Shown here in pieces: positions 26,630 through 40,043 of a stretch of DNA of 64,000 bases (position 1 is the stretch's first letter; every line of letters begins with the position of its first letter). The notes below the pieces were generated by a model. That model was not told the DNA's origin, searched no databases, and worked only from the letters and a program-made list of their open reading frames with translations. The DNA is from Leucoraja erinacea (taxonomy: Eukaryota), in NCBI RefSeq assembly GCF_028641065.1, contig NC_073389.1, positions 49,042,001-49,106,000 on the forward strand. The letters run 5' to 3'. Both the position numbers and the translations under genes were made by a program.

Positions 26630-26740
26630 TGTGTCCCACTCCGCACTGAGCGGCCGCAAACACCAGCCTTGGAACTTGGAACGCTGCGCATTGGATACAC
26701 TTGGCGGCCAGTGCGCAGGCGCCGCCGCCCACTGTGTCCC
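26630..26740 (-). promoter_or_regulatory. CBR copy A proximal promoter (homologous blocks at 35560-35670 and 42220-42280)
   Basis: cagccttggaac shared by all three copies and ggcggccagtgcgcaggcgccgc by A and B; CCAAT and NRF1-like TGCGCAGGCGC; ETS-like CCGGAAG in B and C. Confidence 0.55.
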
Positions 26741-27299
26741 CGGCTCCCAACGCTGTCCCACGTTTCCAAACACAGGATCTTTGCGCAGGACCACAGTGTA
26801 AGGCCCTCCTGTTGTGGATATCATGGGACAGCTTACGATGGAGACAACCCTCAAACAAGTGACGGGATATTGTGAAAAGAAAGCTTCAAGCTGCCCCAGG
26901 CCACCAGCCTCCTTTCATAGAAACATAGAAAATAGATGCAGGAGTAGGCTATTCGGCCTGCCATTCAATATGATCATGGCTGATCATCCAACTCAGTATC
27001 CTGTACCTGCCCTCTCCATACCCCCTGATCCCTTTAGCCACAAGGGCTACATCTAACTCCCTCTTAAATATAGCCAATGAACTGGCCTCAACTACCTTCT
27101 GTGGCAGAGAATTCCAGAAATTCACCACTTTCATTTTGTCCTATCGAGTCATAGAGTTATATATACAGCGTGGAAGCAGGCCGAAGTTCGGTCCAACTTG
27201 CCCACACCGGCCAAGTTGGGCCAACCATGTCCCAGCTACACCAGTCCCACCTGCCTGCGCTTGGTCCATATCCTTCCAAACCTGTCCTATCCATGGTGT

Positions 27300-28150
27300 A
27301 CAATGGACTTATCCCCAAACTCTATCTCCGTTCCATTGATGACTGCATCAGTGCTACCTCCAGCATCCATGCAGAACTCATGGACTTCATCAACTTCACC
27401 ACCAATTTTGATCCTGCATTCAAATTTACTTGGACCATCTACAACACCTACCGCCCCTTTCTTGATCTCACAGTCACCATCACAGAGAATATTGATCGAT
27501 GTTCTATTACAGACCCACTGACTCCCACACCTTTCTCGACTACACTTCTTCCCACCCTGCTACCTGCAAAGACTCTATCCCCTACTCCCAATTCCTCCGT
27601 CTATGCCACATCGGTACCCAAGATCAGGCATATTAGAACATCCGAGATGTCCTCATTCTTTAGAGAATGGGGGTTCCCCTCAAACATCATAGATGAGGCC
27701 CTCACTCATGTCTCCTCGGCATGCCGCAGCTCTGCCCTTGCTCCCCATAGTCGCAACAGAGACAGAGTCCCCCTAGTCTTTATCTTCCACCCCATCAGCC
27801 GTCGCATACAACACATAATGCCCTGAAATTTCCGCCACCTCCAACGGGATCCCACCACTAGCCACACTTTACCGTCTCCACCCCTTTCCGCCTTCCGCAG
27901 AGACTGTTCCCTCCGCAACTCCCTGGTTAACTCATCCCTTCCCACCCAAACCACCAACTGCCCAGGTACCTTCCACTGCAATACAACACCTGTCTCTAAG
28001 CCTCCTCCCTTGACTCTGTCCAGGGACCGTGACAGTCCTTTCACATTAGGCAGAGATTCACTTGCACCTCCTCCAATCTCATCTACCGTATCCTTTGTAC
28101 AAGATGTGGTCTCTTATACATCGGCGAGACCCAACGCAGACTGGGCGACA
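27300..28150 (+). mobile_element. Penelope-like element relic (RT C-terminal part plus GIY-YIG endonuclease)
   Basis: YLRSIDDC..FTWTI..PFLDL; downstream QRFTCTSSNLIY..C..CGLLYIGET (GIY-YIG); frameshifted. Confidence 0.85.
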
Positions 28151-28950
28151 GTACCTGTCTTAAACGTGGGGATAGTCCCAGCCTCAATTCCTCATACACA
28201 CACCACCTTTTGTGTGAAAAGGTTACCCCTCAGATTCCTATTAAATCTTTTCACCCTCACCTTGAACTTATGTCCTCTGGTTCTTGATTTCCATACTCTG
28301 GGCAAGAGACTCTGTGCATCTACCCAATCTATTCCTCTCATGATTGTGTATACCTTTATCAGATCACCCCTCGTCCTCCTGTGCTCCAAGGAATAGAGAC
28401 CCAGCCGAACCAACCTCTCCCTATAGCTCACACCCTCTAGTCCCGGCAACATCCTCGTAAATCTTCTCTGAACTCTTTCAAGCTTGACAATATCTCCCCT
28501 ATAACTGTGCCCAGAATTGAACACAATATTCTAAATGCAGTCGCATCAGCATCTTATACAACTGCAACATGACCTCCCAACTTCTATACTCTGACTGATG
28601 AAGGCCAATGTGCCAAAACCTTATTTAACTGCGACTCGACCTTCAAGGAACCATGCACCTGTACTCCTAGATCCCTCTGCTCCACAACACCCCCCAGAGG
28701 CCTACCATTCATTCAGTAGGTCCTGCCTTTGTTAGACGTTCCAAAATGCACCACCTCACATTTCTCTGTATTAAATTCCATCAACCATTCCTTAGCCCAC
28801 TTGGCCAATAGATCCAGATCCAGCTGCAATATTTCACAACCATCTTCACTATCTGCAAAACCACCCACTTTTGTGTCATCAGCAAACTTGCTAACCTTGC
28901 CCTGTATGTTCTGATCCACATCATTGATGTAGATGGCAAGCAGTAATGGG
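28150..28950 (-). mobile_element. Degenerate CR1 LINE 3' fragment
   Basis: IYINDVD..SKFADDTK, LERVQRRFTRM, TRGHKFKV. Confidence 0.85.
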
Positions 28951-30228
28951 CCCAGAGTGTTTTTGTTCTTGGATACATTTGGCCCTTCGAGCCAGCACCA
29001 CCATTCAATGCGATCATGGCTGATCAACCACAATCAATATCCCATGTACTGTATCTGTGTGTGACTATATGATTACAATCGAGCCTTTTACAGTGTATAG
29101 ATACCTTCTCAGTTCTCCGACCAGTCTGACTGTCCCTGATTACATTTTATCTGTTTGCTTTATTACCATCTCCGAGCAAACAATGATCTATTCTCATTTT
29201 CCTTGATTGCCACCCCCTTTGGCGTCTCGTTCACACACCTCACACTTCCTTATCTCCTCTCCCCCCTCCCCTCAGTCTGAAGAAGGGTCTCGACCTGAAA
29301 CGTCATCCATTCCTTCTCTCCAGATTGGTTCAAACCAGCATCTGTAGTTCCTTCCTGCACATGATAAGGGAATAATGTTTAGTGCAAGGTAAAGGCAGCA
29401 AAGTCGAATCACCGAGGGTCTCCAATGAGTTAGATAGTAGGTCAGGACTGCTCTCTGGTTGTGGTGGGATGATTCAGTTGCCTGATAACAGCTGGGGAGA
29501 AACTGTTCCTGAATCTGGAGGTGTGCGTTTTCACACTTCTATACCTTTAGCCTGATGGGAGAGGGGAGAATAGGGAGTGGCCAGGGTGCGACTCACACTT
29601 GGTCATGTTGCTGGCCTTGCCGAGGCAGTGTGAGGTGCAAATGGAGTTGGAAGGGAGGTTGGTTTGTGTGATGGTCTGGGCTGTGTCCACAACTCGCTGC
29701 AATTTCTTGCGGTCCTGGATGGAGCTGTTCTCAAACCAAGCTGTGATGCTTCCTGTTAAAATGCTTTCGGTGGTGCATCTACAGAAGTTGGTGAGAGTTG
29801 TAACTTAACACTATATTCTGCAATATTTACTTTCTCTTTTACTGTCATGGTTGTGAATGTTTTGATTGTCCTCATCTACAGTATAATTTACTTCGACACC
29901 ACACAAAATGTTTTTTTCCACTATATCTCAGTACACAGGTCCACACCACAAAGACTGCTCATCAAATAATGAAGGCAGCATTCCCCTGGTCCTCTCCGTC
30001 TAGTGCCCACGAGCACCAATTGATCGCCTCATGCTCTTTTCTCCAGGAAAAACACAAAACGTGGGATCAAGTGATGATCTTTATTGAAAATATTTAAAAT
30101 TCATTACAATTGTTAGATGGAAAAATAACCACAAATTTGCAACATTCAGCATGTCCGAATTAGTACATCAAGAAAAATCTTCTGAAATTTGAACGGGTAT
30201 TTTTAAGGCAGATAGAGATATATTCTTG

Positions 30229-30487
30229 TGTTTAAGAGGGAACTGCAGATGCTGGAGAATCGAAGGTTACACAAAAAAAGCTGGAGAAGCTCAGCGGGTG
30301 CAGCAGCATCTATGGAGCGAAGGAAATAGGCAACGTTTCGGGCCGAAACCCTTCTTCAGACTGATCGGGGGCGCACCCGCCCCCGATCAGTCTGAAGAAG
30401 GGTTTCGGCCCGAAACGTTGCCTATTTCCTTCGCTCCATAGATGCTGCTGCGCCCGCTGAGTTTCTCCAGCTTTTTTTGTGTAACCC
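30229..30487. mobile_element. Penelope-derived fold-back element with hammerhead motifs, 16-bp TSD
   Basis: 109-bp inverted arms 30265-30373 / 30378-30486; TSD tagagatatattcttg at 30213-30228 and 30488-30503; absent from the paralogous site in copy C. Confidence 0.85.
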
Positions 30488-30662
30488 TAGAGATATATTC
30501 TTGATTAGTACGGGTGTCAAGGGTTAGGTGGTGAAGGCAGGTGAATGGGGTTAGGAGGGAAGGATAGATCAGCCATGATGGGCCAAATGGCCCAATTCTG
30601 CTCCTATCACTTATGAACTTTGCTCTTTCCGTTTTGTTACCAATGCCTTGTGCTCTTCCAGC

Positions 30663-31099
30663 TTACCATTCCTGAACAGTTTTTTTGCTCACAAGCTCTC
30701 CATGTGGACCTTCCGCACCTTCTGGTAGAAGAGCCAAGTAGACCGGGGTCACGGCACCTTCTTCTACTGTGCCTGGTGCATTAGGACCAGCCATGTCGGT
30801 TTTCACCCAACCGGGACAACAGGCATTCAGCAGGATCTTGTCCGCAGCTCTCTCCTTACTCAGTCTTCGGGCATGGATCATGGAGAGGACTGTGACGCCG
30901 ATCTTTGAGACCCCGTAGGCCGTGGAAGGCCACCCTTGTTTGGGGTGAACCTCGTTCTTGGCGTCATCGACAAACTTCCTCATCAGCTCCACCAGCTCGT
31001 CCTCGGTGAGTGTAGGACTGCGGAATTTATTTTGGAGTTCCGGGCTGCATTTGAGTAGTGCTACCTTGCTCATGAGGCTGGACACATTCACTACTCTCC
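30663..31099 (-). CDS. CBR1: Carbonyl reductase 1-like, copy B, coding exon 2 (437 nt)
   Basis: ttttgcag|GG acceptor; YGVSK; CCPGWVKTDMAG; AATAAA(-) at 30080-30085 with downstream GT-rich element. Confidence 0.95.
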
Positions 31100-34000
31100 C
31101 TGCAAAAGTAAAAACTAAAACGTTAGGAACAAGAAACGTACACAGAAGTGCATGGGTCATAGAAACAAGGAACTGCTGATGAAAGAAAGAATGAACGATA
31201 CTTCATTGCCACATGTGACAAGTCACCGTGATATTCTTTGTTTTGCGTAACCAAGGTATGCAAAGAGTCGCCACATAAAGGGCACCGACAAAGTTACAAA
31301 GTATTCCAGGCCAGGTCACCCTTTGTTCTCCCACCCCCTCCCCACACAGCAGTTCTCCCACGCCATGTCCCCCTTTTTTCTCCCTTCCCCCCCCCCCCCG
31401 CCATATCTGGAGAAAAGGAATGGGTGAAGAAGGGTCTCAACCCGAAACATCACCCATTCCTTTTCTCTAGAGATGCTATCTGTCCCACTGAGTTACTCCA
31501 GTTTTTTGTACCTATCTTCAGTTTAATAACCATATAACAATTACAGCACGGAAACAGGCCATCTCGGCCCTTCAAGTCCGTGCCGAACACTTATTTTCCC
31601 CTAGTCCCATCTACCTGCACTCAGATCATAACCTTCCATTCCTTTGCCGTCCATATATTTATCCAATTTATTTTTAAATGATAAAATCGAACCTGCCTCC
31701 ACCACTTCCACTGGAAGCTCATTCCACACGGCTACCAATCTCTGAGTAAAGAAGTTCCCCCTCATGTTACCCCTAAACTTCTGTCCCTTAATTCTCAATT
31801 TAAACATTTAAACCAGCATCTGCTTCTTACACAGTATCACACCTCCCTCGGCATCAAAATTCTTGAGATGTTTCTTCAAACGTGGGTGTATTATTGGTAT
31901 TCCATACCACAGTGGCACTGTGTCCCAGCAGGGTTGGTATATTGGAACAAAACGATCAAGGACACCCAAGTGCTAGAGTAACTCAGCGGGTCAGGCAACA
32001 TCTCTGGAGAATGTACATGTGGTGTGCTGAGATGGGTCCCAATCTCCAGATACTGGGACAGTTTCTTCCCGGCTATTGTCAGGCAACTGAATCATCCGAC
32101 ACAACGAGATAGCAGTCCTGAACTACTATCTACCTCATTGGTGACCCTTGGACTATCCTTAATCAGACTTTGCTGGCTTTAACGTTATTCCCTTATCATG
32201 TGTCTCGTGGACAGCGCCTCATGCGAGTGTGGGGACCCAACACAGACAGTGGAGCACATAGTCACCAGTTGCCCCAAACACCAGCCACCGAATGGTGAAC
32301 GAGGTCTGATTGACCTGGGCGATGACACGTTTTCCTGGCTCTCCTCAACGGAGCTGCAGGTCTAAAAGACATACGACAGAAGAAGATGTATTGTCTTTCT
32401 GCTGACTGGTTAGCTCGCAACAAAAGCTTTTCACTGTATCTTGGTACAGGTGACAATAAACTAAACTGAATGAATCACAAACATCACCTATCCATGTTCT
32501 CCAGAGATGCTACCTACGAAGTTTGAAGAAGGGTTTCGACCCAAAACATTGCCTTCGCTCTATAGATTCTGCCTCACCCGCTGAGTTTCGCCAGCATTAT
32601 TGTCTACCTTCAATTTTCCAGCATCTGCAGTTCTTTCTTAAACATGCTACCCTAAGCCAGTAAGTTACGCCAGCACTCTGTGTCCTTCATTTAAACCAGC
32701 ATCTTCAGTTTCTTGATGCTACAAAAATGGTCAATTATTTCCAGGCTTATTTTCCTCAGAAGGCCAGGATCCTTCCCATCAGTTACAAGAAATCTCCATA
32801 GGAGTCAGATAAAATCACAAGTAAAACATTACGTGTGCTGATCCTGGACAAAGCATCGTGATCTCAATACACAGCTCTTCACACAGTTTGCTAAAGGACT
32901 CATCCAGTTTCAACATATCTTCTTCCAAGCAATGCTAGCACAGCACACGATAGTCTCAGTACATTGTGCAACAACTATACATCTGCGTCACATTGCAGTG
33001 CTTGAGAGAAGGCAAGAACTAAATCCAAAACTTAACGACCCTGTTAGTTTAAAATCAGTGGTAAATCACGGATTAGAATTTATAATGAAGCATAAAGTGA
33101 CTGAGCACAAAGGGAAATTTCATCTGATTTAAGAGAGGCAACATGGTTTAGTCTTTGGCGTATGTGAGCTTGCAGAAGGTATTTAATAAGATTCCAAACT
33201 AACAAATACAATCTAAAATGAAAGGACCATGAAATTGAAGGCAAATTATTACACTGCTTGCCATTTGTTATTAGGTTGACGTTTAGGGTAATAGGGTAAT
33301 TGCCTTACTTTCTATCTTGTTTTTTGCCTGAAAATTTAGGTCGCTGTGCTTCACGGTCACCCCGACTAGCACAGAAAATTTCAGCTCAAAAATCAGCCGT
33401 TTTCCATGTTTTTAACGGGCGGGAAAGTGCGCGTTTCCCTAACATGTACCATTCACTAACATGTACCGAAGTGAGATATGTCCTCCAGTTAAAATTTTCG
33501 GTCATGTGAGGAGGGGATCTACGCTCATTTGACATTTGGTGAAATCACCCTATACGTTATCCTGCAGTTTAGTTCAGCTTATTATTAGTACAGTGAAAAG
33601 CTTTTGTTTGTGTGCTATCTAGTCAAAGAAGACTGCAGCACAATGGCAAGTTGCTGTACAGCGTCAGAGACCCGGGTTCGATCCTGACCATGGGTGTTGT
33701 CGGTACGGAGTTTGTACATTCTCCCCGTGACCTTTGTGCGTTTACTCCGGGATCTCCGGTTTCCTCCCACATTCCAAAAACTTACCCCGACTTCCACAAT
33801 TTTTTACAGCGCAAAAATTCATCATTTTGGCGGTTTTTAACGGGTACTCGTTTCGTGTATTAACAACATATACCGGAAGCTGCTATGTCCTCCAGATGGA
33901 TTGAGCGGCTCCGTGCGTCAAGCCCTATAACCCGGTGACCTTACATAGAAACATAGAAATTAGGTGCAGGAGTAGGCCATTCGGCCCTTCGAGCCTGCAC

Positions 34001-35048
34001 CGCCATTCAATATGATCATGGCTGATCATCCAACTCAGTATCCCGTACCTGCCTTCTCTCCATACCCCCTGATCCCCTTAGCCACATCTAACTCCCTTTT
34101 AAATATAGCCAATGAACTGGCCTCAACTACCCTCTGTGGCAGAGAGTTCCAGAGATTCACCACTCTCTGTGTGAAAAAAGTTCTTCTCATCTCGGTTTTA
34201 AAGGATTTCCCCCTTATCCTTAAGCTGTGACCCCTTACGTTCAACCCCCCCCCCCCCCCCCCCCCCCCCATAATGCCAAGTCTCCGCTCTTAATAACTCC
34301 TTGTGCAGCTGTCCTTTTCGAGTTATTGCCATGTTTCCTTCAGCTAGGCAGCGAGAACTGCGCACGGAACTCCCAAAGTGTAGGAAGGAACTGCAGATAC
34401 TGGTTTAAAACGAAGATAGACGCAAATAGCTAGAGTGACTCAGCATCTCGGGAGAAAGGGAACATGTGACATTTCGGTCAGAGCCAGGGAAGAGGGAAAC
34501 GAGAGATATAGACGGTGATACATCTCTCTACCCCTTGACTCAGTCTGAAGAAGGGTCTCGACCCGAAACATGATACGCGGAGTGTGGTCTCACCAACATA
34601 ATGTGCCAAACACCTTCGTCCCTCCTCGTTTACCCGTGTTGCTACAGTCAGCGATCGACACACCTGCCCTCTTACATGTTAATTCAATAACATTCCCCAG
34701 TGCTCTGCCAATTCCCGTGTATATATATTCAATCTCCCAAAATGTAGCACTTCGGATTTGTTACATTCCATCGGCCGCTCCTTTGGCCCACTTTCCAGCT
34801 TGAACTAGATCCGATTGTTATCTTACATAACCTTTCTTCACTGCTCACTTCACCGCCAATGTCGGTGTCATCGACAAGTCTACGACCCAACAAAATTAAT
34901 CATCTAGACTGGAGGCAGAAGTTTGGAGGAAAATGCATAAAATGGCCAAGGGAACGAAAGTATCCTGAAGGGTTCCTAAGGCTCAAAGTAAACCGAGTGC
35001 CTTACAGGGGCAATTAGGGGTTATACGAACGTGCCGCACTCCACTCAC

Positions 35049-35439
35049 CGTGAGGTTTGATGATGGTGAGGAGTTCCGTGCACATATCCCTGGTCGCAAA
35101 GAAGTTGGTCGCCATGGTCACTTCAGCTTGGGTGCCGAACGGGGTGGTGTCGGCATTTTTAAAGGCGATGCCGGCGTTGTTGACCAGAACATCGATGCCT
35201 TCGTATTTCTGCAGCATGAACGCTCGCAGTTCCCGGATACTCTCAAGGTCGTCGATGTCGAGCTGGTGGAAGAGCGGCTTCAGCTGCTCCTCTTGCAGCT
35301 TCAGCAGCGCCTGTTGCCCGCGGCTCGCGTCCCGGGCGGTGAGGAACACGTCGCCGTCGAAATGCCGGCACAGAGACCGCACCACCTCCAGGCCGATGCC
35401 CTTGTTGGAGCCGCTCACGACCGCCACTCGCTTCGCCAT
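35049..35439 (-). CDS. CBR1: Carbonyl reductase 1-like, copy B, coding exon 1 (391 nt)
   Basis: Same SDR N-terminus, exon length and G|GTGAGT donor as copy A. Confidence 0.95.
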
Positions 35440-35704
35440 GTGTAAGAAGGAACTGCAGATGCTGGTTTAAACCGAAGATATACACAAAATGCTGGAGTAC
35501 CTCAACGGGACAGGCTCGCTATAGGATCTATTGGCAGCATCTCTGGAGAGAAGGAATCTCTGCCCCACGCCGCTTCCGGGTACCCGCCGCCCTGCGCTGA
35601 TTGGCTGCAGACAACAGCCTTGGAACGCTGCGCTTTGGATACATTTGGCGGCCAGTGCGCAGGCGCCGCAGTGTAAATATTGACTTCTCTAACTTCAAGC
35701 AACC

Positions 35705-37400
35705 TAGAAACATAGAACATAGAAATTAGGTGCAGGAGTAGGCCATTCGGCCCTTCGAGCCTGCACCGCCATTCAATATGATCATGGCTGATCATCCAAC
35801 TCAGTATCCCGTACCTGCCTTCTCTCCCTGATCCCCTTAGCCACTACCCCCTGATCCCCTTAGCCACAAGGGCCACATCTAACTCCCTCTTAAATATAGC
35901 CAATGAACTGGCCTCAACTACCCTCTGTGGCAGAGAGTTCCAGAGATTCACCACTCTCTGTGTGAAAAAAGTTCTTCTCATCTCGGTTTTAAAGGATTTT
36001 CCCCTTATCCTTAAGCTGTGACCCCTTGTCCTGGACTTCCCTAACATCGGGAACAATCTTCCTGCATCTAGCCTGTCCAACCCCTTAAGAATTTTGTAAG
36101 TTTCTATAAGATCCCCTCTCAATCTTCTAAATTCTAGAGAGTATAAACCAAGTCTATCCAGTCTTTCTTCATAAGACAGTCCTGACATCCCAGGAATCAG
36201 TCTGGTGAACCGTCTCTGCACTCCCTCTATGGCAATAATGTCCTTCCTCAGATTTGGAGACCAAAACTGTACGCAATACTCCAGGTGTGGTCTCACCAAG
36301 ACCCTGTACAACTGCAGTAGAACCTCCCTGCTCCTATACTCAAATCCTTTTGCAATGAAAGCTAACATACCATTCGCTTTCTTTACTGCCTGCTGCACCT
36401 GCATGCCTACCTTCAATGACTGGTGTACCATGACACCCAGGTCTCGCTGCATCTCCCCCTTTCCCAATCGGCCACCATTTAGATAATAGTCTACATTCCC
36501 GTTTTTGCCACCAAAATGGATAACCACACATTTATCCACATTATACTGCATCTGCCAAACATTTGCCCACTCACCCAGCCTATCCAAGTCACCTTGCAGT
36601 CTCCTAGCATCCTCCTCACAGCTAACACTGCCCCCCAGCTTAGTGTCATCCGCAAACTTGGAGATATTGCCTTCAATTCCTTCATCCAGATCATTAATAT
36701 ATATTGTAAATAGCTGGGGTCCCAGTACTGAGCCTTGGGGTACCCCACTAGTCACTGCCTGCCATTGTGAAAAGGACCCGTTTACTCCTACTCTTTGCTT
36801 CCTGTTTGCCAGCCAGTTCTCTATCCACATCAATACTGAACCCCCAATGCCTTGTGCTTTAAGTTTGTATACTAATCTCTTATGTGCGACCTTGTCGAAA
36901 GCCTTCTGGAAGTCCAGATACACCACATCCACTGGTTCTCCCCTATCCACGCTACTAGTTACATCCTCGAAAAATTCTATAAGATTCGTCAGACATGATT
37001 TACCTTTTGTAAATTCATGCTGACTTTGTCCAATGATTTCACCACTTTCCAAATGTGCTGCTATCCCATCTTTAATAACTGACTCTAGCAGTTTCCCCAC
37101 TACCGATGTTATACTAACTGGTCTGTAATTCCCCATTTTCTCTCTCCCTCCCTTCTTAAAAAGTGGGGTTACGTTTGCTACCCGCCAAACTTCAGGAACT
37201 ACTCCAGAATCTAAAGAGTTTTGAAAGATTATTACTAATGCATCCACTATTTCTGGAGCTACTTCCTTAAGTACTCTGGGATGCAACCTATCTGGCCCTG
37301 GTGATTTATCGGCCTTTAATCCATTCAATTTACCCAACACCACTTCCCGGCTAACCTGGATTTCACTCAATTCCTTCAACTCCTTTGACCTGCGGTCCCC
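35705..37400 (-). mobile_element. CR1-clade LINE, 5'-truncated, uninterrupted RT reading frame
   Basis: KSPGPD, NYRPVS, YLDFQKAFD, GVPQGSVLGP, KFADDTK, TRGHSLRI; 3' tail ttctatgtttct. Confidence 0.95.
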
Positions 37401-39200
37401 TGCTCTCTCCTTCCCTCCCCTTCCTACTTCTCCAATCAGTCTGACTGTCCCCTTGATTAAACCTTTGTTGTCATGGAAACAGCAGTCCGAAGAAGGGTCT
37501 CGACCTGAAACGTCACCCATTCCTTCTCTCCAAAGATGCTGCCTGTCCCACTGAGTTATTCCAGCATTTTGTGTCTGCTTCGTTGTCACCCTCTTCTGGC
37601 TAACCATGATCTATTCTTGCCACCACCTCTCCGACCATTCCCGGGCGAACCCAGGCCCGGACCACCGAAAATGCCGCGGCTTCCGACTCTCACTGCCTCA
37701 CTGGGGTCACCATTGTTGTTGCCGACCTTCACAGCCTCCCCAGGGCCTCTACTCCAGCCCCCCACGGGCCTCCACCAACGACTCTGCCGACCCTCACCTC
37801 TCCACCGCCCACCAGCGGGCCAGATCCGTCGCCTCATCTGAGTTCCAGGCTCAGCACCAAACCCACAACCTCCACGAGGCAGACTCCAACACCACGTAGC
37901 CTGACTCTGCTGGGTCCTACTGCTACGCCCCCTCCTAAAGGGAACCTCAGTAGTGATGGATCTTCCCCTTCCCCCTCTTTTAACCAGGTTACCCCGACCA
38001 CACCCCACCCATACAATAGTCCTCATGCCCCCCTCTCTGAACACCCGCCATCCCTCCCCACCAGATTTGGCCTTTGTCGACTCCCCTGACCCCAACCCCC
38101 ACCCTTGTTGTGGCTTCACCATCCCCCCCTGACCTCTCCCCTTCTGATAGGGAACGGTTTGTCCTCAACAGAAGCCTCACCTTCGTTCCCCTCCGCCCCC
38201 ACCTTGACGAGTTCCATGTCCACCACATCATAGAGCTTTTCTTCCTTTGCCCCTGCCTCCGTGCCTTTTTCTACGGGAAGGAGCCCTCACCACCTAGTGA
38301 TGACCTTTTCTCCCGTCTCCACCGATACCCCCCCTCTTGGACTTCCCAGAACGGCCTTCTACCCTCTCTAGACCTCTTTATTTCCAACTGCTGGCGTGAC
38401 ATCAACCGTCTCAACTTTTACACTCCCCTTACCTACTCCAACCTCACCCCCTCTGAACGTACAGCCATCCGCTCACACTGCAGCAACCCTGACATTATAA
38501 TCAAACCCGCCGACAAGGCAGGTGCCGTGGTAGTCTGGTGCGCTGGCCTCTACCGGCAAAGATCTTATAGCGAAGCTATAAGATCTTTGATCTTCGCTAT
38601 AAGATCTTTGTCTACCGGGCCAGGTGACAACTCTCAGGCCAGCACCAGGCCTTAATCTCAAACACCTTTACTGATTTCATCTCTTCTGGCTGTCTGCCTT
38701 CCACAGCCTCCAACCTTACCGTTTCCCGGCCCTGCACAGCCCGTTTTTACCTTCTCCCCAAAATGCACAAACACAACTGCCCTGACAGACTCATTGTTTC
38801 TGCCTGCTCCTGTCCCACAAAAATGATTTCCACATACCTCGACTCCATCCTATCCTCCCTCTCCCGACCTATGTCCAAGATACCTCATATGCCCTTCGTC
38901 TCTTTAATGACTTCTGCTTTCCGAACCCCCACTCCCTCATCTTTACTATGGACGTTCACTCACTCTACACCTCCATCCCCCAACAGGAAATCCTTAAATC
39001 CCTCCGTTTCTTCCTCGACCGCAAAAACCATCCAATTTCCCTCTACTAACACTCTACTCCACCTAGTGGAGCTGGTCCTCACCCACAACAACTTCTCCTT
39101 TGACTTCTCCCACTTCCTCCCAGTCCAAGTCGTAACTATGGGCACTCGCGTGGGCCCCAGCTATGCCTGCCTCTTTGTAGGGTGCTTTGAACAATCCCTG
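37400..39200 (+). mobile_element. Penelope-like element relic (pLTR-like end plus N-terminal RT region)
   Basis: ERFVLNRSLTFVP, SNLTPSERTAI..IIIKPADKAGAVVV, PKMHK..RLIVSACSCPT, ELVLTHNNFSF..MGTRVGPSYACLFVG; frameshifted. Confidence 0.85.
38557..38610. mobile_element. 54-bp micro-MITE with 8-bp TSD
   Basis: TIR caaagatcttatagcgaag/cttcgctataagatctttg; TSD tctaccgg at 38549-38556 and 38611-38618. Confidence 0.8.
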
Positions 39201-40043
39201 TTCCTATTAAATCTTTTCCCTTTCACCTTGAACACATGTCCTCTGATCCTCGACTACGCTACTCTGGACAAGAGTAGACACAGTATGTACGCTGAGAATG
39301 CCGGAAGAGTTTTGCACTGTCCCTTGTTTTGTATATGTGTAAGAAGGAACTGCAGATGCTGGTTTAAATCGAAGATAGACCCGAAAAGCTGGAGTAACTC
39401 AGTGGGACAGCCAGCATATCTGGCGAGAAGGAATGGGGATGACATTTCGGGTCGAGACCCGTCTTCATCCCGCTGAGTTACTCCAGCTTTTTGTGTCTTA
39501 TCTCAGTTTAAACCAGCATCTGCTGTTCCTTCTTACATACTATCCATGTACCCATCTTAAATGTGGAGATAGTCCCAGCCTCAACTACCTCATACACCCA
39601 AGTGAAAAAGTTACCCCTCAGATTTATATAATATCTTTTCTCCTTCATCTTGAACTTATGTCCTCTGGTCTTATCTACAGGAAAAAACACAAAACGTGGG
39701 ATAAAGTGATGATTTTTATTGAAAATATTTAATCTCATCCCAACTGTTAGGTTGAACAATAACCACAAATCTGTAACAATCAGAATGTCTGAGTTAGTAC
39801 ATCAAGAATATTCTTCTGAACTTTGAACGGATACTTTTAAGGCAGAGATAGATAGATTCTTGATTAGTACGGGTGTCAAGGGTTAGGTGGTGAAGGCAGG
39901 AGAATGGGGTTAGGAGGGAAGGATAGATCAGCCATGGTTGAATGGCGGTGAGGACTTGATGAGCCAAATGGCCCAATTCTGCTCATATCATTTATGATCT
40001 TTGGTCTCTCCCTTTTGTTACCAATGCTTTGTGCTCTTCCAGC

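Noticed and set aside
26629-26769. 47-aa N-terminal extension of CBR copy A in the ORF track
   Set aside because: Starts at a non-ATG codon, runs through the promoter block and is not preserved in B or C; the ATG at 26628 gives the expected 275 aa
26179-26875. Long plus-strand ORFs antisense to CBR exon 1 (also at 35050 and 41635)
   Set aside because: Shadow ORFs of GC-rich coding sequence; no recognisable motifs
35844-37607. 587-aa ORF as a host or chimeric gene
   Set aside because: A 5'-truncated CR1 ORF2 that is by chance in frame with adjacent Penelope-repeat sequence
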